Below are positions 39,506 to 49,819 of a DNA stretch of 64,000 bases, one piece after another. How positions within the stretch are numbered: position 1 is the first letter of the stretch; each line of letters opens with the position of its first letter. This DNA comes from Alphaproteobacteria bacterium (GTDB taxonomy: Bacteria > Pseudomonadota > Alphaproteobacteria > UBA828), in contig OY763937.1 of NCBI GenBank assembly GCA_963667705.1, positions 1,354,948 to 1,418,947 on the forward strand. Direction: 5' to 3'. Below the pieces are notes generated by a model. The model saw only the letters and a list, made by a program, of their open reading frames with translations, was not told the DNA's origin and did no database searches. A program made the position numbers and the translations under genes.

Positions 39506-41026
39506 ATGGCAGACGCTGATTACGACGCGATCATCGTGGGCGCGGGCCACAACGGTCTGGTCGCCGCCTACTACCTCGCGCGCGCCGGGCGCAAGGTGCT
39601 GCTCTGCGAGCGCCGGCCCTTCGTCGGCGGCGCCTGCGCCACCGAGGAGTTCTTCGACGGCTACCGCGTGTCGACCTGCTCCTACGTCATGTGGAAGCTG
39701 GAGCAGAAGGTGCGCGACGACATGGGGCTCGACGCGCGTGGGCTCACCATGCACCTGATCGACCCGCCCGTGTTCTTCCCCTACGAGGACGGCTCGCACG
39801 CCTTCCTGCACTACGAGATGGAGCCCACGCTCGAATCCATCGCCCGGCTGAATGAGCGCGACGCCGAGCGCTTTTCCGAATGGGTGGACCTCTGGGGCCG
39901 GGCGACCGGGCTGGTGCAGCCCTACATGCTGGAGGACCCGCCCACGCTCACCGACATCTGGGAGCGCGCCAGGGCGCAGGGCGACGAGGCCGTGCTGGAG
40001 CGCTTCCTGACCGGCTCGCTGGTCGATCTCGCGGCCGACTACTTCGAGGACGAGCGCGTGCGCGCGATGATGCTCTACGTGCAGGACATCGCCGACCCCT
40101 ACGCGCCCGGCAGCGCCTGGGCCGAGACCTTCTTCCAGTTCGGCGCCGCCGGCGGGCACGGCTTCTACGTGGTCGAGGGCGGCATGGGCTCGATCACGCA
40201 GTACATGGCCGAGGCGGTCGAGGAGCAGGGCGGCGAGATCCGCTGCGATGCCCCGGTCGCGCAGGTGCTGGTGGAGAACGGCACCGCCACCGGCATCCGC
40301 CTCGCCTCGGGCGAGGAAATCCGCGCGCACTTGGTGCTGTCCAACGCCGACCCCAAGCGCACCTACCGCACTCTCTTCGCGCCCGATGACCTGCCGGGCG
40401 ACCTGGCCAAGCGCGTCGAGCGGCTCAAGACCGACACCGGCTACTTCAAGTTCCATTGCGTGATGGACGAGCCGCCGGACGTTTCCGGCTATCTCGACGG
40501 CTACGACGGCCCGCCCGTCTCCTACATCCTGATCGCGCCGAGCCTGGATCACTACGCCCGCGCAGGGGCCGAGATGCGTGCCGGCGAGCCCTGCAGCGAG
40601 CCGATCTGTCACCTGCAGGTGCCCACCTTCTACGACAAGACCTTGACCGAGAAGGACGGCCACATCTGCTCGATCTGGGGACTCTACGCGCCGCCGCGGC
40701 TGGCGCAGGGGACCTGGGACGAACGGCGTGAGGAGGTGGGCGAGGGCGTGATCGACTACGTGACCCGCTTCGTCCCCAACTTCCGCTCCGCCATCCGCGA
40801 ATGGATGTTCATGAGCCCGTGGGACATCGAGCAGCGCACCGGGATCACCGACGGGGCGATCCGCCACCTCGACGTGGTGCCGAGCCAGTTCCTCGGCGGC
40901 CGGCCCGGCTACGACACCGAGATCCGCAACTTCTACCTCTGCGGCGGCGGCACGCATCCCGCGGGCGAGGTCACCGGCGCGCCCGGCCACAACGCCGCCC
41001 ACCACATCCTGCGCTCCAACGCCTGA
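39506..41026 (+). CDS. FAD-dependent oxidoreductase, phytoene-desaturase-related (COG1233)
   Basis: N-terminal GxGxxG (YDAIIVGAGHNGLVAAYYLARAG) and C-terminal FAD-binding motif (FYLCGGGTHPAG). AAGGA Shine-Dalgarno before the ATG. Confidence 0.8.
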   Translation: MADADYDAIIVGAGHNGLVAAYYLARAGRKVLLCERRPFVGGACATEEFFDGYRVSTCSYVMWKLEQKVRDDMGLDARGLTMHLIDPPVFFPYEDGSHAFLHYEMEPTLESIARLNERDAERFSEWVDLWGRATGLVQPYMLEDPPTLTDIWERARAQGDEAVLERFLTGSLVDLAADYFEDERVRAMMLYVQDIADPYAPGSAWAETFFQFGAAGGHGFYVVEGGMGSITQYMAEAVEEQGGEIRCDAPVAQVLVENGTATGIRLASGEEIRAHLVLSNADPKRTYRTLFAPDDLPGDLAKRVERLKTDTGYFKFHCVMDEPPDVSGYLDGYDGPPVSYILIAPSLDHYARAGAEMRAGEPCSEPICHLQVPTFYDKTLTEKDGHICSIWGLYAPPRLAQGTWDERREEVGEGVIDYVTRFVPNFRSAIREWMFMSPWDIEQRTGITDGAIRHLDVVPSQFLGGRPGYDTEIRNFYLCGGGTHPAGEVTGAPGHNAAHHILRSNA

Positions 41027-41103
41027 AGCCTCTGCCCCGCCTCGTGAACCCGCCGCGCCGCTGATACACTCGCGCGCGCCGGGCACGGAGGGGGCTTCAC
41101 GCG

Positions 41104-43551
41104 ATGGACCAGGCGTTTCCCGACCAGGCGCGCGTCGTCGTCATCGGCGGCGGGGCGATCGGCTGCGCGACCGCCTACCATCTGGCGAAGCACGGCGCCG
41201 AGGATGTCGTCCTGGTCGAGAAGGCCAAGCTCACCTCGGGCTCGACCTGGCATGCGGCCGGCGCCTTCGCGCAGTTCCGCACCGACCCCAACGCCGGCAG
41301 GCTCATGGCCTATGGCGCCGACCTCTACGCCTCGCTCGAGGCCGAGACCGGCCAGGCCACGGGCTGGCGTCAGACCGGCGGCATGCGCGTCGCCTCCAAC
41401 CGCGACCGCCGATGCGAGTACGAGCGAGCGATCACGACTGCGCGCTCCTTCGGCGTCGAGATGGAGCTGATATCGGCGCAGGAGGCGCAGGCGCTCTTTC
41501 CCTTCATGACCATCGACCACGTGGATTGCGCGCTCTACATCCCCTCCGACGGCGCGCTCAGCCCGTCGGACACCTGCATGGCGCTGGCCAAGGGGGCGCG
41601 CCAGTACGGCGCCCGCCTCCTCGAGGAATGCGCGGTCACGGGCTTCGAGATCGAGCGCGGCCGCGTCGCCGCCGTCAACACCGAGCGCGGCACCATCCGC
41701 TGCGAGATCGCGGTGATCTGCTGCGGCATCTGGTCGCGCGAGATCGGGCGGCTCGCGGGCGTGAATGTCCCGATCCAGCCCTCGCACCACTGCTACTTCA
41801 TCACCGAGCCGATCGAGGGCGTGAGCCGCGACATCCCGACCACGCGGGACCCCGACCTCTGGCACTACATCCGCGAGGAGGTGGGCGGCCTGCTCGTCGG
41901 CCAGTACGACCCCGACCCCATCCCCTTCGTCGAGCCGATCCCTGCAGACCATGAGTTCAAGCTCATGCCGGAGAACCTCGACCACTTCATGCCGCGGCTG
42001 GAGGGACTGCTCGACTGGATACCGGTGCTCAAGACCGTTGGCATCAAGTCCTGGTTCAACGGCCTGGAGTCCTTCACCGAGGACCAGAACCCGGTGATGG
42101 GGGAGGCGCCGGAGGTGCAGGGCGTCTTCGTCAGCGCCGGCTTCAACGCCTACGGGCTCACTGGCTGCGGCGGCGCCGGCATGGCGCTCGGCGAGTGGAT
42201 TCTGAACGGCGAGCCGCCCTACGACATCTGGAGCTTCGACATCCGCCGTTTCGGCGGCTACCACCGCGCCGACAGCCAGGTGCTGGCGCGCTCGCTGGAG
42301 GGGCAGGGCCACCACTACACCATCGTCTGGCCGCGCGAGGAGATGAAGGCCGGCCGTCCGCTCCGGCGCAGTGCGATCTACGACCGGCTCGCGGCCAACC
42401 GCGCCTGCTTCGGTGCCAAGTTCGGCTGGGAGAGGCCCAACTGGTTCGCGCCCGAAGGGGTGGAGCCGGTGGAGATCGAGAGCTTTGGGCGCCCCAACTG
42501 GCACGCGCACGTCGCCCGCGAGCACGCGGCCTGCCGCGACGCCGCGGCGCTCTTCGACCAGTCGTCCTTCGCCAAGTTCGCGCTGGTCGGGCGCGATGCC
42601 GAGGCCTGCCTGCAGCGCATCTGCGCCGGCGACGTCGGCAAGCCGCCGGGGCGGATCACGTACACGCAGATGCTCAACCGTCACGGCGGCATCGAGTGCG
42701 ACCTCACCGTCGCGCGGATCGCCGAGGACTCCTTCTGCGTCGTGACCGGCACCGGCTTCGCCACCCACGACTTCGATCACATCGGCCGCAACATCGATCC
42801 GGAGGCCCACGCCTCGCTGGTGGACATCACCTCGGCCTACGGGACGCTCGCCCTGATGGGGCCGCGGTCGCGGGCTATCCTCGCCTCGGTGGCCGAAGGC
42901 GACGTGGGCGCGAAGGCCTTTCCCTTCGGCGCGGTGCGGGAGATCTACGTGGCCGGCGCGCCCGTCCGTGCCATGAGACTTACCTTCGTGGGCGAGCTCG
43001 GCTGGGAGCTGCACGTGCCGACCGAGTACCTGGTCACGGTCTACGACGTACTGAAGGAAGCCGGCGCCGCGCACGGCCTGCGCGACGCGGGCTACCGCGC
43101 CATCGACAGCCTGCGGCTGGAGAAGGGCTATCGCGTCTGGGCTGCGGACATCGGCCCCGACTTCAACCCGCTGGAGGCGGGCCTCGGCTTCGCGGTCGCC
43201 TTCGACAAGCCCACCCCCTTCATCGGCCAGGACGCCGTGCAGAGGCAGCGGGAGCGGCCGCTCACCCGCCGCCTCGCGACTTTCACCATCGACGACGACC
43301 CCGAGGTGCAGCTCTGGGGCCGCGAGACCATCATCCGCGACGGCGAGCGCGTCGGCTGGCTCGCGTCCGCCGGCTTCGGCCACACCGTCGGTCGCAGCAT
43401 CGGCATGGGCTACGTGCGGAACGCGGACGGCGTGAGCGACGACTACCTCGAGAGCGGCACGTATACGCTCGAGGTGGCGACCCGCGAGGTGCCGGCCGAG
43501 CTCCACCTGCGCCCGCTCTACGACCCCGCCGGCGACCGGGTGAAGGCGTGA
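41104..43551 (+). CDS. Dimethylglycine/sarcosine dehydrogenase-family protein (FAD-dependent DAO domain + GcvT aminomethyltransferase/folate-binding domain)
   Basis: 815 aa. N-terminal VVVIGGGAIGCATAYHLAK and the DAO fold. C-terminal GcvT-like domain (GYRAIDSLRLEKGY). Confidence 0.85.
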   Translation: MDQAFPDQARVVVIGGGAIGCATAYHLAKHGAEDVVLVEKAKLTSGSTWHAAGAFAQFRTDPNAGRLMAYGADLYASLEAETGQATGWRQTGGMRVASNRDRRCEYERAITTARSFGVEMELISAQEAQALFPFMTIDHVDCALYIPSDGALSPSDTCMALAKGARQYGARLLEECAVTGFEIERGRVAAVNTERGTIRCEIAVICCGIWSREIGRLAGVNVPIQPSHHCYFITEPIEGVSRDIPTTRDPDLWHYIREEVGGLLVGQYDPDPIPFVEPIPADHEFKLMPENLDHFMPRLEGLLDWIPVLKTVGIKSWFNGLESFTEDQNPVMGEAPEVQGVFVSAGFNAYGLTGCGGAGMALGEWILNGEPPYDIWSFDIRRFGGYHRADSQVLARSLEGQGHHYTIVWPREEMKAGRPLRRSAIYDRLAANRACFGAKFGWERPNWFAPEGVEPVEIESFGRPNWHAHVAREHAACRDAAALFDQSSFAKFALVGRDAEACLQRICAGDVGKPPGRITYTQMLNRHGGIECDLTVARIAEDSFCVVTGTGFATHDFDHIGRNIDPEAHASLVDITSAYGTLALMGPRSRAILASVAEGDVGAKAFPFGAVREIYVAGAPVRAMRLTFVGELGWELHVPTEYLVTVYDVLKEAGAAHGLRDAGYRAIDSLRLEKGYRVWAADIGPDFNPLEAGLGFAVAFDKPTPFIGQDAVQRQRERPLTRRLATFTIDDDPEVQLWGRETIIRDGERVGWLASAGFGHTVGRSIGMGYVRNADGVSDDYLESGTYTLEVATREVPAELHLRPLYDPAGDRVKA

Positions 43552-43579
43552 GCGCCGGCGGCAACCGGGTGCACGATAC

Positions 43580-44551
43580 ATGAGCGACAAGCCCCTCTCC
43601 GATGACGAGGTCTATTCGCTGGTCGGCGGCTCGCGCGGCATGGAGGCGCGCAGCGGCGCCGCGATCGAGCGCGCCCGCGCACTCCCGATCTGGAACGGTC
43701 CGGTGGAGCCCGCGCTGCTGAGCGGGGGCCTCAGCAACATCAACCTGACCGTGGAGGATGCGGGCCAGCGCTTCGTGATCCGTGTCGGCGAGGACGAGCC
43801 CTTCTTCGGCGTCTCGCGCGCGCACGAGCTTCAGGCCTTTCGCGCGGCCCATGCGGCGGGCGTCGCGCCCGAGGTGGTCCATGCCGAGCCCGGCCTGCTG
43901 GTGATCCGCTTCATCGAGGGCCGCTCCCTGCTGCCGGCCGACATGCACGAGCCCGAGCGCCTGCTCAAGGCGGCCCGCCTCTTCCGCCAGCTCCACCGCG
44001 AGGCGCACAGGCACCTGGAATCGCCGGGCTTCATGTTCTGGCCCTTCCAGCACCACCGCTGGTACATCCGGCTGCTGCAGGAGCGTTCCGACCGGCTCTA
44101 CGAGCGCTGGCGCGACATGCTGCCGGCGCTGGCGGCGGCGAACGAGGCGCTGGAGCGCGCCATCGGCCCGGCCAACGTCGTCTTCGGCCACAACGACCTC
44201 AACCCGCAGAACATCATGGACGATGGCGAGCGGCTCTGGTTCGTGGACTGGGAGTTCGGCGGCTTCGTGGTGGACCTCTTCGACCTCGGCGTGCTGGCCA
44301 TGAACATCGAGATCAGGCCGGACGAGATCGACCCCTACCTCGAGGCCTACTTCGAGGCGCCGGTCACGGACGAGCTGCGCTATCGCTTCGCCGCCGCGAC
44401 CGTCACCGCCGCGCTGCGCGAGACCACCTGGAGCTTCGTCTCCGAGGTGATGGACAAGCCGATCGACTTCGACTTCCGCATCTATTCCACCATGAACGCG
44501 GAGCGCTACGAGCGCATGTACGCCGAGTTCCGCAGCACCTGCGGCACCTGA
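43580..44551 (+). CDS. Choline/ethanolamine-kinase-like phosphotransferase (APH family)
   Basis: Catalytic loop HNDLNPQNIM and VDWEF metal-binding motif. Confidence 0.75.
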   Translation: MSDKPLSDDEVYSLVGGSRGMEARSGAAIERARALPIWNGPVEPALLSGGLSNINLTVEDAGQRFVIRVGEDEPFFGVSRAHELQAFRAAHAAGVAPEVVHAEPGLLVIRFIEGRSLLPADMHEPERLLKAARLFRQLHREAHRHLESPGFMFWPFQHHRWYIRLLQERSDRLYERWRDMLPALAAANEALERAIGPANVVFGHNDLNPQNIMDDGERLWFVDWEFGGFVVDLFDLGVLAMNIEIRPDEIDPYLEAYFEAPVTDELRYRFAAATVTAALRETTWSFVSEVMDKPIDFDFRIYSTMNAERYERMYAEFRSTCGT

Positions 44552-44570
44552 GGCCGGCGAGGAGCGAGCG

Positions 44571-45458
44571 ATGAGCGAAGAGAGACAGCCCGACGAGATC
44601 TGCCGCGTCGCCGTGGAAGGCGGCGAGGTGGCCGTCTACAGCTTCGGCACCGGCGAGCGGGTTCTGCTCGTTCTCCACGGCGGCCCCGGCCTTCCCTGCG
44701 ACTACGTGCGCGACAGCCACTCGGTGCTGGCGGATCACGGCTGGCGCGTGGTGGCCTACGACCAGCTCGGCTGCGGCCAGTCCGACAAGCCGGGCGACAC
44801 CTCGCTCTTCAACGTGGCTCGCTACGTGGACGAGGTCGAGGCGGTGCGCGCCGCTTTGGGTCTGGGCCGGGTGCACCTCCTCGGGCAGTCCTGGGGGACC
44901 TGGCTGGGAACCGACTACTGCCTCAAGTACCAGGAGAACGTCGCGTCCTACGTGATCGCGAACGGCTCGGGCTGCGTACCGCACACGGTGGCGGAGATGC
45001 GCCGCCTGCGGGCTGCGCTGGGGCCCGAGACGGTCGCCATGATGCAGCGTCACGAGGCTCAGGGGACCACCGACCACCCCGCCTACGAGGCCGCCATCAC
45101 CATCCTCTACCGCCGCCACCTGTGCCGGTGCGACGACTGGCCGGCGCCGCTGCAGCGCTCGCTCGACGGCATCAACATGGATGTCTACGGCACCATGTGG
45201 GGGCCCAACGAGTTCTGCTGCGTCGGCACGCTCAAGGACTGGGACCGGCTGGAGGAGATGCGGCGCATCACCGTGCCCTGCCTGATCGTGAGCGGCCTGC
45301 ACGACGAGCTGACGCCGGAAGGGGCCATGCTGATGCAGGACGTGCTGCCGAACGCGGAGAGCGTCGTCTTCCCCAACAGCTCGCACACGCCCTTCTTCGA
45401 GGAGCCGGAGGCCTACTTCGCGGCGCTGCGCGACTTCCTCGACCGCCAGCCCGGCTGA
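44571..45458 (+). CDS. Alpha/beta hydrolase, proline-iminopeptidase-like (S33)
   Basis: HGGPG oxyanion motif and nucleophile elbow GQSWGT. Confidence 0.8.
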   Translation: MSEERQPDEICRVAVEGGEVAVYSFGTGERVLLVLHGGPGLPCDYVRDSHSVLADHGWRVVAYDQLGCGQSDKPGDTSLFNVARYVDEVEAVRAALGLGRVHLLGQSWGTWLGTDYCLKYQENVASYVIANGSGCVPHTVAEMRRLRAALGPETVAMMQRHEAQGTTDHPAYEAAITILYRRHLCRCDDWPAPLQRSLDGINMDVYGTMWGPNEFCCVGTLKDWDRLEEMRRITVPCLIVSGLHDELTPEGAMLMQDVLPNAESVVFPNSSHTPFFEEPEAYFAALRDFLDRQPG

Positions 45459-45471
45459 CCGATCCCGCCCC

Positions 45472-46257
45472 TCAGTGCACGCTGAGGCCGGCGCAGACGT
45501 TGATCGCCTGGCCGGTCACGTAGCGCCCGGGCTCGCCCGCGAGGTAGACCGCCATCTCGGCGATGGCGGTGGGCGGGATGATGGCGCTCAGCATGTTGGT
45601 GCGCATGCTCTCATCGAAGACTTTCGCGTAGGGCTCGTCGAGATCGCGCGCGATGTCCTCGTGCAGCTCCACCGCCATCTTGGTGTCGATCCAGCCGGGG
45701 CAGATGGCGTTGACCCGGATGTTGTGCTCGCCCACCTCGGCGGCGAGGCAGCGCACGAAGCCCACCAGGCCGTGCTTGGTGGCGTTGTAGGCGGTCCACT
45801 CCGCGTCCGCGGTCTTGGCGTTGGTCGACGCATTGAAGAGCTGCACGCCGCCCGCGCCCTGCTCGATCATCGTCGGCAGCGTGTGCTTGGAGATCAGGAA
45901 TGGCGCCTTCAGGTTGACCCCCATGATCCAGTCCCACATGGACTCGTCCATGTCGACGACCTTCTTGTAGTCGGCGACGCCTGCGTTGTTCACCACCACG
46001 TCGATGCCGCCGAGCCTCTCGATGGCGGTCCTGCACATCGCCTCGATCGCCGCGGCCTCGGTCAGGTCGGCCGGTGCTGCGAAGGCCTTGCCGCCGGCGG
46101 CGGCGATCGCCTCCAGCGTCTCCGCCGCCCGCTCCTCGCTCCGCGCATGGACCGCCACGGTGGCGCCCTCTGCCGCGTACGCCTCGGCGATCGCGCGGCC
46201 GATGCCGCTTGCCGCGCCCGTGACCAGCGTTCTCTTGCCCTCCAGACCCACTCTCAT
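45472..46257 (-). CDS. SDR-family oxidoreductase
   Basis: TGAASGIGRAIA cofactor motif and YxxxK (YNATK). Confidence 0.85.
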   Translation of the reverse strand: MRVGLEGKRTLVTGAASGIGRAIAEAYAAEGATVAVHARSEERAAETLEAIAAAGGKAFAAPADLTEAAAIEAMCRTAIERLGGIDVVVNNAGVADYKKVVDMDESMWDWIMGVNLKAPFLISKHTLPTMIEQGAGGVQLFNASTNAKTADAEWTAYNATKHGLVGFVRCLAAEVGEHNIRVNAICPGWIDTKMAVELHEDIARDLDEPYAKVFDESMRTNMLSAIIPPTAIAEMAVYLAGEPGRYVTGQAINVCAGLSVH

Positions 46258-46297
46258 GGCTCTCTCCCCGAAGCTGTCGGCGTCGTGACCCCGTAGT

Positions 46298-47014
46298 CTA
46301 GGCGACGCCGAGGTAGGTGTGCTGAACCTTGTCGTTCTCGCGCAGCTCCGCCGCCGGACCCTCGAGAACGATCCGCCCCGTTTCCATGACGAAGCCCTTT
46401 TGCGCCAGCGCGAGCGCGAGACGGGCGTTCTGCTCGACCAGCACGATGGTCCGCTTCTCCGTGTGCAGCGCGCGGATGATGCGGGCGATCTCGCGGCACA
46501 TGATGGGCGAGAGCCCGAGCGAGGGCTCGTCCATCAGGATCACGTCGGGCCGCGACATGAGCGCCCGGCCCATGGCGAGCATCTGCTGCTCCCCGCCCGA
46601 GAGCGTGCCGGCGAGCTGATTGGCGCGCTCCTGCAGGCGCGGGAAGCGCCGGAAGATGTCGTCGAAGTCGGCGCGGAGCGCGGCGGCGTCCTTGCGCAGG
46701 TAGGCGCCCATCTCCAGGTTCTCGCGCACCGTCATCATGGGGAAGACACGGCGCCCCTCCGGCACGTGGGCGATGCCGAGCCCGGCAATCCTCTCCGGCG
46801 AGGCGCCGTCGATGCGCTTGCCGCCGAGGCGGATTTCGCCGCCGCTGAGGCGCTCGAGGCCCGAGATCGCGCGCAGCGTCGTCGACTTGCCCGCACCGTT
46901 GGCGCCGATCAGGGTGACGATCTCGCCTTCGCCGACGCCGATGGAGATGCCCTTCACGGCCTCGATCTTGCGGTAGCGGACCGAGATGTTGTCGAGCTCA
47001 AGCAGCAAATTCAT
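46298..47014 (-). CDS. livF: Branched-chain amino acid-type ABC transporter ATP-binding protein (LivF-like)
   Basis: Walker A GANGAGKST, signature LSGGEQQ, Walker B ILMDEP. Confidence 0.85.
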   Translation of the reverse strand: MNLLLELDNISVRYRKIEAVKGISIGVGEGEIVTLIGANGAGKSTTLRAISGLERLSGGEIRLGGKRIDGASPERIAGLGIAHVPEGRRVFPMMTVRENLEMGAYLRKDAAALRADFDDIFRRFPRLQERANQLAGTLSGGEQQMLAMGRALMSRPDVILMDEPSLGLSPIMCREIARIIRALHTEKRTIVLVEQNARLALALAQKGFVMETGRIVLEGPAAELRENDKVQHTYLGVA

Positions 47015-47783
47015 CGTCCCCCAGGATGTCCTCGGAACCGAGATAGGCCTCGATCACCTCCGGGTTGGAAACGATCTCCGCCGGGACGCCCTCCGCCAGC
47101 TTCTTACCGAAATTGAGGACCGTGATGTATTCGCAGAGCCCCATCACGGTCTTCATGTCGTGCTCGACCAGCAGGATCGTGATGTTCCATTCGTCGCGCA
47201 GCTTGCGGATGATCCGGGTCATGCGCTCGGTCTCGGCCGGGTTCATGCCGGCCACGGGCTCGTCCAGCATGAGGATGCGGGGCTCGGTGGCGAGCGCCAT
47301 GGCGACGCCGAGCGCGCGCTGGTGGCCGTGCGAGAGATTGGGCGCGAGCTCGTCCCTGAACTCGTCGAGGCCGATGAAGTCGAGGATCTCCAGCGCCCGC
47401 GCCTCGTTGGCCCTTTCCATGCCGCGCGCGGTGCCGACGATCGCGCCGAACAGGCTCTCGCGCGCGTGCAGGTGACGCGCGATCGACACGTTCTCCAGCA
47501 CGGTGAAGTCGCTGAACATCGCCGAGCGCTGAAAGGTGCGCACGCCCCCCTTGCCCGCGATGCGGCTGGGGCGGAGGCCCGTGAGCCTGGCGCCGTCGAG
47601 AAAGACATCGCCCGAGGTCGGCCTGTAGGTGCCCGAGATGACGTTGAAGAGCGTGGTCTTGCCCGCGCCGTTGGGCCCGATGATGCCGCGGATTTCGCCC
47701 TCCTCGACCGTCATGTCGAGCTCGGCGACGGCCAGCAGGCCGCCGAAGCGCTTGCTCACGTTCCTGACCTCGAGAAGCGGCAC
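46998..47783 (-). CDS. livG: Branched-chain amino acid-type ABC transporter ATP-binding protein (LivG-like)
   Basis: GTG start after GGAG. GPNGAGKTT, LSHGHQRAL, LMLDEP. Overlaps the livF start. Confidence 0.8.
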   Translation of the reverse strand: MPLLEVRNVSKRFGGLLAVAELDMTVEEGEIRGIIGPNGAGKTTLFNVISGTYRPTSGDVFLDGARLTGLRPSRIAGKGGVRTFQRSAMFSDFTVLENVSIARHLHARESLFGAIVGTARGMERANEARALEILDFIGLDEFRDELAPNLSHGHQRALGVAMALATEPRILMLDEPVAGMNPAETERMTRIIRKLRDEWNITILLVEHDMKTVMGLCEYITVLNFGKKLAEGVPAEIVSNPEVIEAYLGSEDILGDDEFAA

Positions 47784-47794
47784 GTCTCCGGCCC

Positions 47795-48841
47795 CTAGGT
47801 TCGCGACGCGAAGGTGGTGAGCCACGCGCGCAGGCGCTCGAACTGGCGGCCCGGCGGCGTGCGCAGTGCAGTGCCCACCTTGGGGACCAGGCTTTCGATC
47901 CCGCCCGGCAGGAAGATCAGGAAGAAGATCAGCACGCCGCCGAACATCAGCGGCCGCCACTCGAGCAGCGGCCGGCTCCACTCGAAGGCGATGGTCACCA
48001 CCACCAGCCCGATGATCGGCCCCCAGAAGGTGGCGGTGCCGCCCACCACCACCCAGATGATCAGGTAGATCATCGTGGTCAGGTCGAAGTTGCGCGGGTC
48101 GATCGCGCCCATCCGGTAGGCCAGCAGGGCGCCCGCGATGCCGGCGAAGAACGAGCCCGTGATGAAGGCGAGGCTGCGGTAGCGCGCCACGTCGATGCCG
48201 ACGCACTCGGCCAGCAGGTCGTCGCTGTGGATCGACTTCCAGGCGTTGCCGATGCGCGAGCGGTCCAGCCTCCACATGATGAAGACGGCGGCCAGCATGA
48301 CGATGAAGCAGGTGAAGTAGAAGGGCACCGGCGGCGAGAGCCTGAGCCCCACGATCTCCGGCGAGGGGATGTTGATGATGCCGCGCGTGCCGCCGAAGGG
48401 GAACTGCACCTTCACCCAGATCAGCCGTACCAGCTCGCCCATGGCGAAGGAGGCGATGAAGAAGCCGAAGCCCGCCGTGCGCAGCAGCGGCACGATGAAG
48501 GCGGCCCCCACGATTGCCGCGGTGATCCCCGCCATCGGCACGACCACGCCGAAGGGCAGGCCCGCGTGCTTGGCGATCAGCGCAGCACCGTAGGCGCCCG
48601 CGCCCATCAGCACGACGTGGGCGAAGCTCCAGTCCCCGGTGGTGGTGATGAGCCGGTAGCTCGTCACCATGATGACGTTGATGAAGAAGACGATGGCGAT
48701 CTCGCGGTGATAGGGCTTCAGCTCGAAGCCGAGCACGCAGAGCGCGGCGAGCACCGCGGCGAGAACCAGCAGCGGAGCGAAGCGCCGCATCGCGATCCCG
48801 ACTTCCAGGCCCGCGCTTGCTGGTTCGCTAGGCACGCTCAC
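47795..48841 (-). CDS. livM: Branched-chain amino acid-type ABC permease (LivM-like)
   Basis: 348-aa polytopic membrane protein with the LivM-like conserved loop. Confidence 0.85.
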   Translation of the reverse strand: MSVPSEPASAGLEVGIAMRRFAPLLVLAAVLAALCVLGFELKPYHREIAIVFFINVIMVTSYRLITTTGDWSFAHVVLMGAGAYGAALIAKHAGLPFGVVVPMAGITAAIVGAAFIVPLLRTAGFGFFIASFAMGELVRLIWVKVQFPFGGTRGIINIPSPEIVGLRLSPPVPFYFTCFIVMLAAVFIMWRLDRSRIGNAWKSIHSDDLLAECVGIDVARYRSLAFITGSFFAGIAGALLAYRMGAIDPRNFDLTTMIYLIIWVVVGGTATFWGPIIGLVVVTIAFEWSRPLLEWRPLMFGGVLIFFLIFLPGGIESLVPKVGTALRTPPGRQFERLRAWLTTFASRT

Positions 48842-49696
48842 GGCCGAGGAGCCCCTGTGGCCGGACGATCAGGGTGAGCGCCATGAAGCCGACGCCGACC
48901 ATGGTCGCGATCAGGTTGTCGGTCACCGTGGTGACGAAGGTATGGATGAAGCCGAGGATGACCGCGGCCAGGATCGCGCCCTCGATGCTGGCCATCCCGC
49001 CCACGATGACCACGACGAAGGCAATCAGGATGACGCCGTGCCCCATGTAGGGCGTCACGGAATGGATCGGCGCCATCAGCGCGCCCGCGAGCCCGGCCGA
49101 GGCGCCGGCGAGCGCCATCGCCAGCATGGTCATGCGGTTGGTGCGGATGCCCTGCAGGGCGGCGATTTCCGGGTCCTGCGCGCAGGCCCTGAGCGCCTTG
49201 CCCAGCTTCACGCGGTAGAGGAAGTAGCGCAGCGTGAGCAGCATGGCGAACGCGCAGGGGATCACGATCAGGCGCTGCCAGCCGAGGGTGGCGTCGCCGA
49301 TCTCGGCGGCGCCCATGTAGGGCGTCGTATGCTCTTGGCGATGCCGACACCCCAGATTTGTCCCGCGAGCACCTGCAGCACGAACGCAAGCCCCGCAGTC
49401 GCCATGAAGCCTGCAAGGATGTTCTTCCGCGTCGGCCGGAAGATCAGGCGTTCCGTCACCACCCCGAACAGGGCGACGATCGGGATCGCGAGCACGACCG
49501 CCAGGGGAAAGGGAAGGCCCGCGAGCGAGTAGAGGACGTAGACGCAGTAGGCGCCGACCATGAAGAACTCGCCGTGGGCGAAGTTCGCCATCTTCATGAC
49601 GCCGAAGGCGAGCGCGAGGCCGACCGCGACCAGCGCGTAGATCGACGACGCCACCACCGAATTCAACAGCGTCTGGATCAGGGTGGCGGCGTCCAT
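48828..49696 (-). pseudogene. livH: Branched-chain amino acid-type ABC permease (LivH-like), split over two frames by an apparent frameshift near 49330
   Basis: The N-terminal half (MDAATLIQTLLNSVVASSIYALVAVGLALAFGV...IWGVGIAKSI) and C-terminal half (PYMGAAEIGDATLGWQRLIV...) are contiguous in sequence but in different frames. This could be a sequencing error. Confidence 0.5.
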
Positions 49697-49819
49697 GCGA
49701 CCGGGCTCCGCGCAACGGTCTCCGAGCTATGCGGAGGCCGTTGGACCGTAGGTTGTCGCCGAATCAGGAAGGGCGGGGCGGGCGTTCATGACGTGTTTCG
49801 CCCGCCCCGTTGCGCACGC

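Noticed and set aside
36582-39758. 1058-aa plus-strand ORF
   Set aside because: Antisense to the cupin and the second TMADH-like paralog. No domains. GC third-position artefact.
40933-43590. 885-aa minus-strand ORF
   Set aside because: Antisense to the DMGDH-like gene.
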